42,217 bases of DNA from a virus (lineage: Duplodnaviria; Heunggongvirae; Uroviricota; Caudoviricetes): IMG/VR virus record IMGVR_UViG_3300013004_000034. One strand, 5' to 3'. The translations under genes and the position numbers were made by a program. The notes beneath the pieces were generated by a model. That model made no database searches. It saw nothing but the letters and a program-made list of their open reading frames with translations, and had not been told where the DNA came from. Positions 9,902-18,141 of this stretch are shown piece after piece (position 1 is the stretch's first letter; each line of letters begins with the position of its first letter).

Positions 9902-11139
9902 CAGAAAGAATCCTCATAACGACCCTTAACGCCTTCTACAACACACGTGTATCTAGGCCTATCCGAAGCCAATCCTATCTTGTGATGCAGTCGTGTAATG
10001 AGTACTTTACCAGAAATAAGTGGATCTTCAGCAGTTTGGCCAGTAAATGAACTTCTGTTGGGTAACTCACAGTTGATTGTGACACCTGCAGTTAGTACTG
10101 TATCACCTATAACTCTAATCTTGATCGAGTTCTGCATCATAAGAGCAATCAATGCTTGAGTATCGGGTGTTGATTCGGGAATAAATGTTTCAGGTCTTTG
10201 TGATATATCAACTGGAATCATCGATTGTTGTGGTAAGTCGGATCGGAAGTACTTATTTCTGAATGCCGTTGAATTCATAGTACCTGAACCACCAACTGCA
10301 GTAAAGGCCGAATCGTTTGTGTCTATATTTTGTGCTTGATAGTCCCACGTAGTAAAATTAAATGTGGAGACTCTTCGTGGACCGCCGTATGTTATTCTGT
10401 CTATAGAGCTGAACTGATTTGGAACTTTGAATGCTATAATGTTGTCATCGCCTCTAGCATAGATTGTAGTATTAATAGCATCCGACATCTGAAAGTCTTT
10501 AATAGGATCTGATGCAAATAGCTTCTCTATGGTTACAAAGTTAAATGTTTGCTCTTCATTCTTTCTGTTCTCAAAGTATACATAAAATGAAGATCTTTGC
10601 TCAGCAGACACAGATCTTTTCTTGATCAAGTTTATTGCTTCATATGGATTCCTATTTGGAATCAGAATCTTTTGGGATGCTTTAGTATTTTCCAATTCTA
10701 AAGGCTTGGAACTTTTTAGATAGTTGGTGTGGATATCCTGGACCATCTCTGAACAAAGTTGATTATAGCTCTTCTGAACAAAGTTGGTCTTTGCATACAT
10801 GGCTTCTTCAGATACACACTTTAGTGTATATGACTTACCCTTTTGGGATCCAACATTTTCCAATTCGGATAGCTCGTGTAGAGCAAATTGATATTGAGCT
10901 CTTTGAGAGCCCATCACATAGATCTCAAATACAACCGTTTCATCACCGACTAGTGTGACTTGTCCAAGCAGATCATTCATGTCGATCACTTGGATGTCAC
11001 ACACCATTCCAGGAGTAAATATGCTTTCGTATATTGAAGCGCCGTTGAACGAAGATGCCAGATCTATAGTTCCTCGATCTGAAGATATAGTCAAGTTGAC
11101 TACTTCAACATCACCCGGTCTGTAATTATTTCTTGTCAT
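9901..11139 (-). CDS. Baseplate hub protein (gp27-like)
   Basis: IYESIFTPGMVCDIQVID...FYVYFEN...FNFVTIEKLF; sits between gp53 and gp5. Confidence 0.7.
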   Translation of the reverse strand: MTRNNYRPGDVEVVNLTISSDRGTIDLASSFNGASIYESIFTPGMVCDIQVIDMNDLLGQVTLVGDETVVFEIYVMGSQRAQYQFALHELSELENVGSQKGKSYTLKCVSEEAMYAKTNFVQKSYNQLCSEMVQDIHTNYLKSSKPLELENTKASQKILIPNRNPYEAINLIKKRSVSAEQRSSFYVYFENRKNEEQTFNFVTIEKLFASDPIKDFQMSDAINTTIYARGDDNIIAFKVPNQFSSIDRITYGGPRRVSTFNFTTWDYQAQNIDTNDSAFTAVGGSGTMNSTAFRNKYFRSDLPQQSMIPVDISQRPETFIPESTPDTQALIALMMQNSIKIRVIGDTVLTAGVTINCELPNRSSFTGQTAEDPLISGKVLITRLHHKIGLASDRPRYTCVVEGVKGRYEDSF

Positions 11140-11140
11140 A

Positions 11141-12022
11141 TTATTTCAATAGATCTTTCAACTGTCTAGCTACCTTAGGCGCAAATTGACTCTTAAGTAC
11201 TGTGATAGACTTATTTTGTTCGTTCACCGAATTTTCATGATCATAGTATGTTACAGGACTCCAATAAGATGACTCTATAGATGGTATATTGGTTGCAACC
11301 GTATTGGCTGTTGTGAACACAGTATTTGTATTGCTTTCTCTACCGTATAGGTAGCTTGAGCCTGAAATAGTTCCTGTAGTCACAATACCACTTAGGCTCT
11401 GCAATATGACTGTAGTGGTATTTGCAAATGCTACTTGACCGGTACCAGTCTGAGTCGGACCGAACGTTATATTGACTACTTCGTCAGTTGCAAATCCAGC
11501 GCCGTTAGCAACAGAGTATTTCGAAATAGCATTTGTCTTTACTTTCCATTCAGTCCTTTGTCTAGTATATTCTCTAGGTGAGGCCGTAATCATACCATTG
11601 ATAGGAACGGGCTCATAGAATTTCTGTAGACTGTAGTTCAGAACATTATAAGCATCGGCGGAAATAGACGGACTTGGATCTGAATACCAGTTGTTGGTGT
11701 AGTGTTTAATTTTGGTCATTGCAACTGCTAGAGAGCCATACTTTTTTACTATGAATTCATTGAAGGTAGTTTGATCCAAATACCAATCATAGTAAGGATC
11801 AACTACTTTATTTGCCATGTATAAAGTCCAAGCCATATACTGATCGCTGTAGTACCTATTAGCAATCATATCCGGGCGTTCACCGGGAGCTACATCGTAT
11901 GGATAGTAGAACAAGGGATTGTTATACACAGAAGTAAGAAATACGGTCCGCTGAGTAATATTCTTAGCAATCGTATTTGCATACTGTATAGTTTGAAACT
12001 TTTCGAAATATCTTTCTACCAT
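11141..12022 (-). CDS. gp53: Baseplate wedge protein gp53
   Basis: RYFEKFQTIQY...GERPDMIANRYYSDQYMAWTLYMANKVVDPYYDW (LysM-like). Confidence 0.92.
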   Translation of the reverse strand: MVERYFEKFQTIQYANTIAKNITQRTVFLTSVYNNPLFYYPYDVAPGERPDMIANRYYSDQYMAWTLYMANKVVDPYYDWYLDQTTFNEFIVKKYGSLAVAMTKIKHYTNNWYSDPSPSISADAYNVLNYSLQKFYEPVPINGMITASPREYTRQRTEWKVKTNAISKYSVANGAGFATDEVVNITFGPTQTGTGQVAFANTTTVILQSLSGIVTTGTISGSSYLYGRESNTNTVFTTANTVATNIPSIESSYWSPVTYYDHENSVNEQNKSITVLKSQFAPKVARQLKDLLK

Positions 12023-12043
12023 TTAATCAGAATCCGTTATAGG

Positions 12044-12967
12044 TTACTGTTGCGGTCTTGAAGTTTCAAAATCTGCTTTAGTCCAGATTTCAATTTCTTG
12101 TACTTTAATAGTAAATTGTACTGCAGTTGGAGCTAGTGATGTTCTATAAAACGAAGGCTGATTTGGCGCAAAATTGACTGTTATGCTATCGACCACACAG
12201 GGTTTAAACTTATATAGATATGTATCAGTTGGTCTAAAGTTTATCTCTAGTATTTCTGGATATGAAAAGAATACACCACCCAAATTTGATATACCAGGCA
12301 AAGAGTGATATCTAAATGTTTGCACAATATTGTTTATGACTTCAGATTCGGCCCGAGATTTTGGTATAAAGATCCAACTAAATTGGTGACTTCTAAAATT
12401 TGGTGACTTAAAGAGAACTGCTTGGAAAGGATTGGTAGTAATACCGGTAAGTACCGATACACCACGAGTAACTTCAGATATAGCACCTTCAATTGTACCA
12501 ACAGGAATTCCTGCCGCGCCTGCAATTACACCTGCTATAGCACCTGGAGCTGCTCCAGCTCCTACTCCAGCCGCAGCAATTAGAGGAGCACGTGCAATAT
12601 TTGCAACAGTACCTGTTCCGGCCGCACCTATTGCTTCAACAATCGATCCCATAACGGATCCTAAATTTTCATTTGCATATTGAATATCAGTTTGTTCAAC
12701 TAAATTTGAAGGTATGGGTAGATTAATCTTCATCACTTCATTATAGAAAGGTCGATCATATATTGACCTTCTGGTATATTCTTTGAACTGCATACTGATA
12801 TATGGTACGTCTGACTTTAAGTCACTAGGAAACTTTAAATTTTGCTGAAAAGCCCCCGCTAAAGTTGCTTGTTCGTCAAAAAGTGCAACGGCATCACCAA
12901 CGGCAGCTAAACTTGCAATTGCAGGAGCTGCTCTTAAAGCATTACCTAGAAAACGTCTAACACTCAT
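12044..12967 (-). CDS. gp48: Baseplate tail-tube cap gp48
   Basis: NPFQAVLFKSPNFRSHQFSWIFIPKSRAESEVINNIVQTFRYH...KFKPCVVDSITVNF. Confidence 0.9.
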   Translation of the reverse strand: MSVRRFLGNALRAAPAIASLAAVGDAVALFDEQATLAGAFQQNLKFPSDLKSDVPYISMQFKEYTRRSIYDRPFYNEVMKINLPIPSNLVEQTDIQYANENLGSVMGSIVEAIGAAGTGTVANIARAPLIAAAGVGAGAAPGAIAGVIAGAAGIPVGTIEGAISEVTRGVSVLTGITTNPFQAVLFKSPNFRSHQFSWIFIPKSRAESEVINNIVQTFRYHSLPGISNLGGVFFSYPEILEINFRPTDTYLYKFKPCVVDSITVNFAPNQPSFYRTSLAPTAVQFTIKVQEIEIWTKADFETSRPQQ

Positions 12968-12977
12968 TTGAACTCTC

Positions 12978-12985
12978 TATAAATA
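12978..12985 (+). promoter_or_regulatory. T4-type late promoter TATAAATA
   Basis: Exact T4 late -10 consensus, 23 bp upstream of the gp4 ATG. Confidence 0.8.
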
Positions 12986-12999
12986 CTATTGCTTGAGTC

Positions 13000-13007
13000 T
13001 ATTTATC
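13000..13007 (-). promoter_or_regulatory. Late promoter variant GATAAATA for the baseplate operon
   Basis: One mismatch to TATAAATA, ~33 bp upstream of the gp48 start. Confidence 0.55.
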
Positions 13008-13008
13008 C

Positions 13009-13470
13009 ATGGAACCTAAGATGCCGAAGTACAATCAGGGCTTCTTTAAACCAAAGAACCCGACCAAATATAAGGGCGATCCTACAAGTATAGTCTATAG
13101 ATCCGGTTGGGAACTCAGACTAATGTCTCATTTCGACATGCATTCAGATGTAATTTGGTGGTCGTCAGAAGAGAAGATCATCCCCTATAGATCCCCTGCT
13201 GACAACAAAATACACAGATACTTCCCTGACTTTCTTATACATATAAAGACCAAAGAAGGTAAGAACGAAACCGTATTGGTTGAAGTCAAGCCCAAGGCTC
13301 AAACTCAGCCACCGAAGCAGAAAGAAAGAAGCAAGAGGTATTTGACTGAGGTAGTAACTTGGGGAGTCAATCAAGCAAAATGGAAAGCGGCCGAAGAGTT
13401 CTGTAAGGATCGTGGATGGCAATTTAAAATTCTCACAGAAGATCACATCTATGGTCCAAAGAATAAATAA
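13009..13470 (+). CDS. gp4: Head completion nuclease gp4
   Basis: YNQGFFKPKNPTKYKGDPTSIVYRSGWE...WSSEE...HRYFPDF...EVKPKAQT...NQAKWKAA. Confidence 0.95.
   Translation: MEPKMPKYNQGFFKPKNPTKYKGDPTSIVYRSGWELRLMSHFDMHSDVIWWSSEEKIIPYRSPADNKIHRYFPDFLIHIKTKEGKNETVLVEVKPKAQTQPPKQKERSKRYLTEVVTWGVNQAKWKAAEEFCKDRGWQFKILTEDHIYGPKNK
13462..13469 (+). promoter_or_regulatory. Late promoter variant AATAAATA upstream of gp2
   Basis: One mismatch to consensus, ~22 bp before the TTG start. Confidence 0.45.
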
Positions 13471-13491
13471 CTAATAAAGAGAGAAAGAACT

Positions 13492-14100
13492 TTGGCTAGC
13501 TATATTTTTCAGAAAATTGCAAAGTTTGGTCGAGCTGACGGTATAGACCAGACAGTTAGGCAAAGAGATGCACGAACTTGGTTTCGTGAAAAAGCAAGTG
13601 CAGTTAGGTCCGTCAACCGCAACCGATTGATGCAAGATCCGGATGCGGATAATCTTGAGACTAAGATTGATCAAGAGTCAATCGGCAACATGTACTCTTT
13701 CTTTTATGACCCAAAGAACAAAAAGACCCTGCCATACTACGATATGTTTCCACTTGTCTTTATAATTGGGCCAAAGCCTGGTGGGTTTTTGGGTATCAAT
13801 CTACATTACTTGCCACCGGTACTTCGAGCAAAGCTCATGGATCAACTTTATGCAATCACCAATAATAAGAAATATGACAATAGTACTAAGTTGATTGTGA
13901 GCTATAAGTTATTGAGTGGTGCTGCTAGGTATCGCTATTTTGAACCTTGTGTGAAGCACTACCTATTTCCACACGTGCAGTCAAAATTTCTTAAGATAGA
14001 ACCTAAATTCTGGGATACCGCATTGATGTTGCCAACAGAGAAGTTTGCCAAGGCAGATACAGATAGGGTATGGAATGACTCAAGGAGCAGAGTAATCTAA
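13492..14100 (+). CDS. gp2: DNA end protector protein gp2 (TTG start)
   Basis: GNMYSFFYDPKNKKTLPYYDMFPLVF...GFLGINLHYLPPVLRAKL...PCVKHYL. Confidence 0.95.
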   Translation: MASYIFQKIAKFGRADGIDQTVRQRDARTWFREKASAVRSVNRNRLMQDPDADNLETKIDQESIGNMYSFFYDPKNKKTLPYYDMFPLVFIIGPKPGGFLGINLHYLPPVLRAKLMDQLYAITNNKKYDNSTKLIVSYKLLSGAARYRYFEPCVKHYLFPHVQSKFLKIEPKFWDTALMLPTEKFAKADTDRVWNDSRSRVI

Positions 14101-14726
14101 TGGCATTCAATATACAAGAATTTGCTAGTAATATAAGTGACCATGGTGTTATTCAAACAAACAAATTTATAGTTACTATTCAAAATCAAAATTTTCCTAA
14201 TAATTTATTTAATGACACACTTGGAGAACAAGCATGGACTTTTAGAAATATATTTGGTATTCTTTTAGATAGAATAGAATCTGTAAAATTACCAGGATTA
14301 CTTATTGATACAGTTGCTTCTGCTAGATATGGTATAGGGCCTAATATTAGTTCAGGAACTAATGTTAGATTTGATCCACTTTCTATTACAATATTATCAG
14401 ATAAAGAAATGAGTATACACAAATTTTTTATTGCTTGGTTCAATTATGTTTTTAATGGAATGAGTGGTAGTAGAGGTAGTTCAACTAGTACCTTTTTGAG
14501 TAATTATAAACAAGAATATGCAACTGATATAACAGTTGAAGTTTATAAGAATATCAGCCAGGCCAGCGCTAGTTATAGATTTTTTGATGCATTCCCTATA
14601 TCAATATCAGAGCCTACTTTAAGTTGGAACTCTAATAATACTTTATATAGATTTGATGTAAATTTTCTTTATACAAATTGGATAGAAGAATTGCAAGATC
14701 GAAATGTAAAGTTAACAAACAGCTAA
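14100..14726 (+). CDS. Tail tube initiator gp54 / gp19-like paralogue
   Basis: NKFIVTI...IESVKLPG...WFNYVF...YKQEYATDITV...AFPISISEPTLSW, a tail-tube fold pattern. Confidence 0.75.
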   Translation: MAFNIQEFASNISDHGVIQTNKFIVTIQNQNFPNNLFNDTLGEQAWTFRNIFGILLDRIESVKLPGLLIDTVASARYGIGPNISSGTNVRFDPLSITILSDKEMSIHKFFIAWFNYVFNGMSGSRGSSTSTFLSNYKQEYATDITVEVYKNISQASASYRFFDAFPISISEPTLSWNSNNTLYRFDVNFLYTNWIEELQDRNVKLTNS

Positions 14727-14747
14727 ATTTAATGGAGTGAATATATT

Positions 14748-15458
14748 ATGCCGCTACCTAAAGTAAAGCATCCTATTTTTGAGTTTACAGTACCATCTAC
14801 AGGAAAGAAAGAATCTTTTAGGCCGTTCCTTGTTAGAGAAGAAAAGATACTTCTTATGGGAAAGGCATCGGAAGATCCTGCTGATTCTTTGAGGGCTGTA
14901 AAGCAAGTTGTTAACAACTGCTATCTTGGTGGTGGGCTTGATATTGATAAGCTTTCCATCTTTGATCTTGAGTATTTGTTCTTGCAGATTAGGGCTGTGT
15001 CCGTAAGTGACATTGTTACAGTCTCCTATAGAGACAATGAAGATCAACAGGTTTATAACTTTGATATCAACCTAAAAGAAATAAAGGTAAAGTTCCCCGA
15101 CAAGATTGATCCAGTTATTAAAATAACTGATACTCTTTGCCTAGTGATGAGATGGCCAAGTGCATCTGTTTTGGATGATAAGACGTACTTTAAGGTAAGT
15201 GAGGATTCTTACTATGAACTAATCCTCCGATGCTTGGACAAGATCTATGATGGAGATGAAATTTATGATCCTTCAGAGTATACACTCAAAGAGTTAGAAG
15301 AATTTTTGGATGACTGTGGCATATCCGTGCTAGAAAAGATCCAAGACTTCATGGCGCAGACTCCAAGACTTTATCATAAGCTCACATATACAAATAAGAA
15401 CGGCAAGGAAAGAGTGATTGAACTCACCAGCCTAACTGATTTTTTTACATTGCGCTGA
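14748..15458 (+). CDS. gp26: Baseplate hub assembly protein gp26
   Basis: MPLPKVKHPIFEFTVPSTGKKESFRPFLVREEKILL...FDLEYLFLQIRAVSV...SLTDFF. Confidence 0.93.
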   Translation: MPLPKVKHPIFEFTVPSTGKKESFRPFLVREEKILLMGKASEDPADSLRAVKQVVNNCYLGGGLDIDKLSIFDLEYLFLQIRAVSVSDIVTVSYRDNEDQQVYNFDINLKEIKVKFPDKIDPVIKITDTLCLVMRWPSASVLDDKTYFKVSEDSYYELILRCLDKIYDGDEIYDPSEYTLKELEEFLDDCGISVLEKIQDFMAQTPRLYHKLTYTNKNGKERVIELTSLTDFFTLR

Positions 15459-15622
15459 GTCATAATACGCTAGAGAACTACTATCTTACTCTCTTTGCAC
15501 TGATTCAGCACCACAAGTACTCTATCAAAGAAGTAGAGGGACTTATACCATTTGAACGCGATATCTTTGTCCAGATGCTTCTGAGATTTTTAGAAGAGTT
15601 AAAGGAACAAAGAGAGCGGTAA
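15440..15622 (+). CDS. gp51: gp51-like hub assembly protein with no ATG/GTG/TTG start; probably reached by -1 frameshift from gp26, or by a CTG start at 15455
   Basis: Not in the ORF track. Frame after TGA 15437-15439 reads FFYIALSHNTLENYYLTLFALIQHHKYSIKEVEGLIPFERDIFVQMLLRFLEELKEQRER*, containing the NYY..FALIQHHKYS..E..IPFERDI motif of short gp51 proteins. Confidence 0.85.
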   Translation, partial: FFYIALSHNTLENYYLTLFALIQHHKYSIKEVEGLIPFERDIFVQMLLRFLEELKEQRER

Positions 15623-15931
15623 ATGGCGGTTGATGATAAGACACCTAAAAAGTCTGATGATGAAAATTGGATCAGATCATATTGGAGACCTGCCATGGGC
15701 TGGCTCTATATGCTTATCTGCTTCATGGACTTTGTATTCTTTCCTTTGCTAGCAATGTTTATTCCGGCAATATTAAAGAATCTAGGTGTAGTTGATGGTG
15801 CATATGCACCATGGGTCAGTTTGACACTTTCAAATGGTGGAATGATACATATGGCTTTTGGCGCCATCCTTGGTGTAACTGCTTGGACTAGAGGCATGGA
15901 AAAAATCCGCGCCGCTGATAGGAGAGACTAA
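15623..15931 (+). CDS. Holin-like membrane protein (GTA 3TM holin-like)
   Basis: WRPAMGWLY motif, hydrophobic segments, C-terminal GAILGVTAWTRGMEK. Confidence 0.7.
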   Translation: MAVDDKTPKKSDDENWIRSYWRPAMGWLYMLICFMDFVFFPLLAMFIPAILKNLGVVDGAYAPWVSLTLSNGGMIHMAFGAILGVTAWTRGMEKIRAADRRD

Positions 15932-18141
15932 TGGCTGCATTACCAAGAGCAACTGAGTATTCAAGAGCAGAAAGTACTAGGGCTGCAGCTAGGCAAAAGC
16001 CAGATCGTAATACTGATGATCTTCTCAATAAGATTATGTCCATTGGGACAGAAACCGATCCTCTAACTAGTTACATTAAACTTCAAACTGAGAAGTCTGA
16101 GTTTAAGCAACAAGAAATTGCAGATAAAATAGACTCATCATTGAACAGCTCTACTGGTTTGGCGATGGAGCAGAATCAACTACTACGCCAGATTATTGAT
16201 GAAATAAAGAAACTAAAACCATCAAGTACAAGCGGTGGTGGTAATGGTCGTAATAGACCCGGTAATAGAGGTAGATATGGTGCTAAGGGTAGAGAAAGAC
16301 TTGAAAGAAGACAAGCAGCTAAACAAACCGCCACAAGGCCACCATCTCAACCTACAATAACAACAGAAGCTAGACCTGCTCAAACGGTAGCAAGACCAGG
16401 AGTTACTTCTGGCGTCGGAAGAGCTGTTGGAACTAGTGCAGTATTAGGTGCTGCTATTGGCCAAGCTACTGGTCAAGACGCATTACAAGCCGGTGCACAA
16501 GCGGCACAGTCAGCAGTTGCTACAGTTGTAATAAGTCAAGCAGCAGAACAAACTATTAAGGAAGTTGCATCTAGATTTATAGGCAGAACCGTATTATCAA
16601 AGATACCTCTTGCAGGTCTTCTTGCTAGTCTGTGGTTTGCTAAAAAAAGAGTTGATAACGGAGATTGGGTTGGAGCTGGACTTGAAGTCTCTTCTGGTGC
16701 TGCCGGCACTTTAGGTGCTGTAACATTTGGTCTAGGTACTGCAACGTCGGTAGCAATAGATACAGCCCAGCTTACAAGAGATGTATATAAAGCTCTTTAT
16801 GGAAAGTTCCCAGAAGAAGAGGAAAATGAGCAAGTTAGAAATGCTAATCTAGCAGCTATAGGGCCTGCAATTACCAGAGCTTTAAATGAGCTTATCAATA
16901 GAGCGCCCAGACCAATACCTCCACAAATTAATGACGAAACTAGAGCTAGATTGCTTGAAATTTATAACCTAGCAACGGAAAGTGAGGAAGCAAATAGTAT
17001 CATAGGTGAAGATACTAGAGCAGGTATTGGCCAATTCTTGCGGTCAAATTTGTCATCTGGTAGTGGTAAACAAGCAGAAAGAGCTAGACAAGCAATTGCC
17101 AGTATTATGGCAAGACTCGAGCCATTGGTAACGTCAAGATCTTCATCAAGTAGAGTCTCAACCTCACAGTCAAATATGGAACCTAGTAGTTTAGCAACAC
17201 CATCCGGAAGTCAAACAACAGTAGCTCCAGCTCCGATGACACCTAGAGGATCAATTACTGGTAGCAGAACTTTTGCAAACTTAAGTGCTTATACGTCAAG
17301 TACACAAAGTAAAGCGGACCCTGCGAGTCAACAAACACCGGCAACAGGTTCTCGTATCACAGGATCCTCAGGTAGAATTATGGCAGGAACTGCGGCTGCT
17401 AGTTCAAGTCCATCAGTAACTACACCAGTGGCACGGCCAGCGGCTACAACTACAGGAGGATCAACTGTAACTGGAAGCTCACAACAAAATGCAGGAGTTA
17501 CAGGTGATTTTGCCACAGAGCTCAATAGAGTCTCTAGCAAGTTCAATATCAATCCTGCTGATTTGCTAGCAGTTATGAGATCTGAGTCAGGTCTGAATCC
17601 TCAGGCGGTCAATCGTGATCCTCGCACTGGCCGTGGCACCGGTGCCACGGGTCTAATTCAGTTTATGCCTGCCACTGCTAGATCTTTAGGCACTACGGTG
17701 GAAGAACTGCGGGGAATGACTGCAGCTCAACAGATGCAGTATGTAGAGAAATACTTTGATAGTGTCAGACTCCCTTCTGGTTCCAGTGCTGGTAGACTTT
17801 ATGCATACGTATTCCTCCCAGGTAGAGCCAATAGAGAAGTTCTGACTTCACAAGGTGAAGCATATTATGATGCCAACAGAGGTCTTGACATGGACAGAGA
17901 CGGTAATATAACCATTACGGACCTGGATGTTAGAATGGCCAGATACGGAGCATCTTTGTCTAGTGCTAGTTCTGGTATGGCAGCTGCTGATCAAGCACAA
18001 TTAATAGGTACGGGACAACGACCAGTTGTTTTACCTGCAGGTGGAAGTGGTGCTGCCGCATCATCAACCGGTAATGCAATAAGAGCTAATCCAACAGGTG
18101 AAGTTCCATTAAATAGAAGACTAGAAAAGCAGGTGGCGTGA
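15931..18141 (+). CDS. Tape-measure/gp29-like virion protein with a C-terminal lytic transglycosylase (SLT)
   Basis: SKIPLAGLL..FAKKRVDNGDWVGAGLE segment; LLAVMRSESGLNPQA...ATGLIQFMPATARSLG SLT motifs; DMDRDGNIT EF-hand-like loop. Confidence 0.8.
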   Translation: MAALPRATEYSRAESTRAAARQKPDRNTDDLLNKIMSIGTETDPLTSYIKLQTEKSEFKQQEIADKIDSSLNSSTGLAMEQNQLLRQIIDEIKKLKPSSTSGGGNGRNRPGNRGRYGAKGRERLERRQAAKQTATRPPSQPTITTEARPAQTVARPGVTSGVGRAVGTSAVLGAAIGQATGQDALQAGAQAAQSAVATVVISQAAEQTIKEVASRFIGRTVLSKIPLAGLLASLWFAKKRVDNGDWVGAGLEVSSGAAGTLGAVTFGLGTATSVAIDTAQLTRDVYKALYGKFPEEEENEQVRNANLAAIGPAITRALNELINRAPRPIPPQINDETRARLLEIYNLATESEEANSIIGEDTRAGIGQFLRSNLSSGSGKQAERARQAIASIMARLEPLVTSRSSSSRVSTSQSNMEPSSLATPSGSQTTVAPAPMTPRGSITGSRTFANLSAYTSSTQSKADPASQQTPATGSRITGSSGRIMAGTAAASSSPSVTTPVARPAATTTGGSTVTGSSQQNAGVTGDFATELNRVSSKFNINPADLLAVMRSESGLNPQAVNRDPRTGRGTGATGLIQFMPATARSLGTTVEELRGMTAAQQMQYVEKYFDSVRLPSGSSAGRLYAYVFLPGRANREVLTSQGEAYYDANRGLDMDRDGNITITDLDVRMARYGASLSSASSGMAAADQAQLIGTGQRPVVLPAGGSGAAASSTGNAIRANPTGEVPLNRRLEKQVA

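Noticed and set aside
13009-13470. gp4 as a homing or TnsA-type mobile endonuclease
   Set aside because: It matches the core head-completion gp4 at its usual position. No intron or intein interruption was seen in any core gene.
17884-17919. DMDRDGNIT loop as a separate calcium-signalling domain
   Set aside because: A single EF-hand-like loop at the end of the SLT domain; not enough evidence for an independent function.
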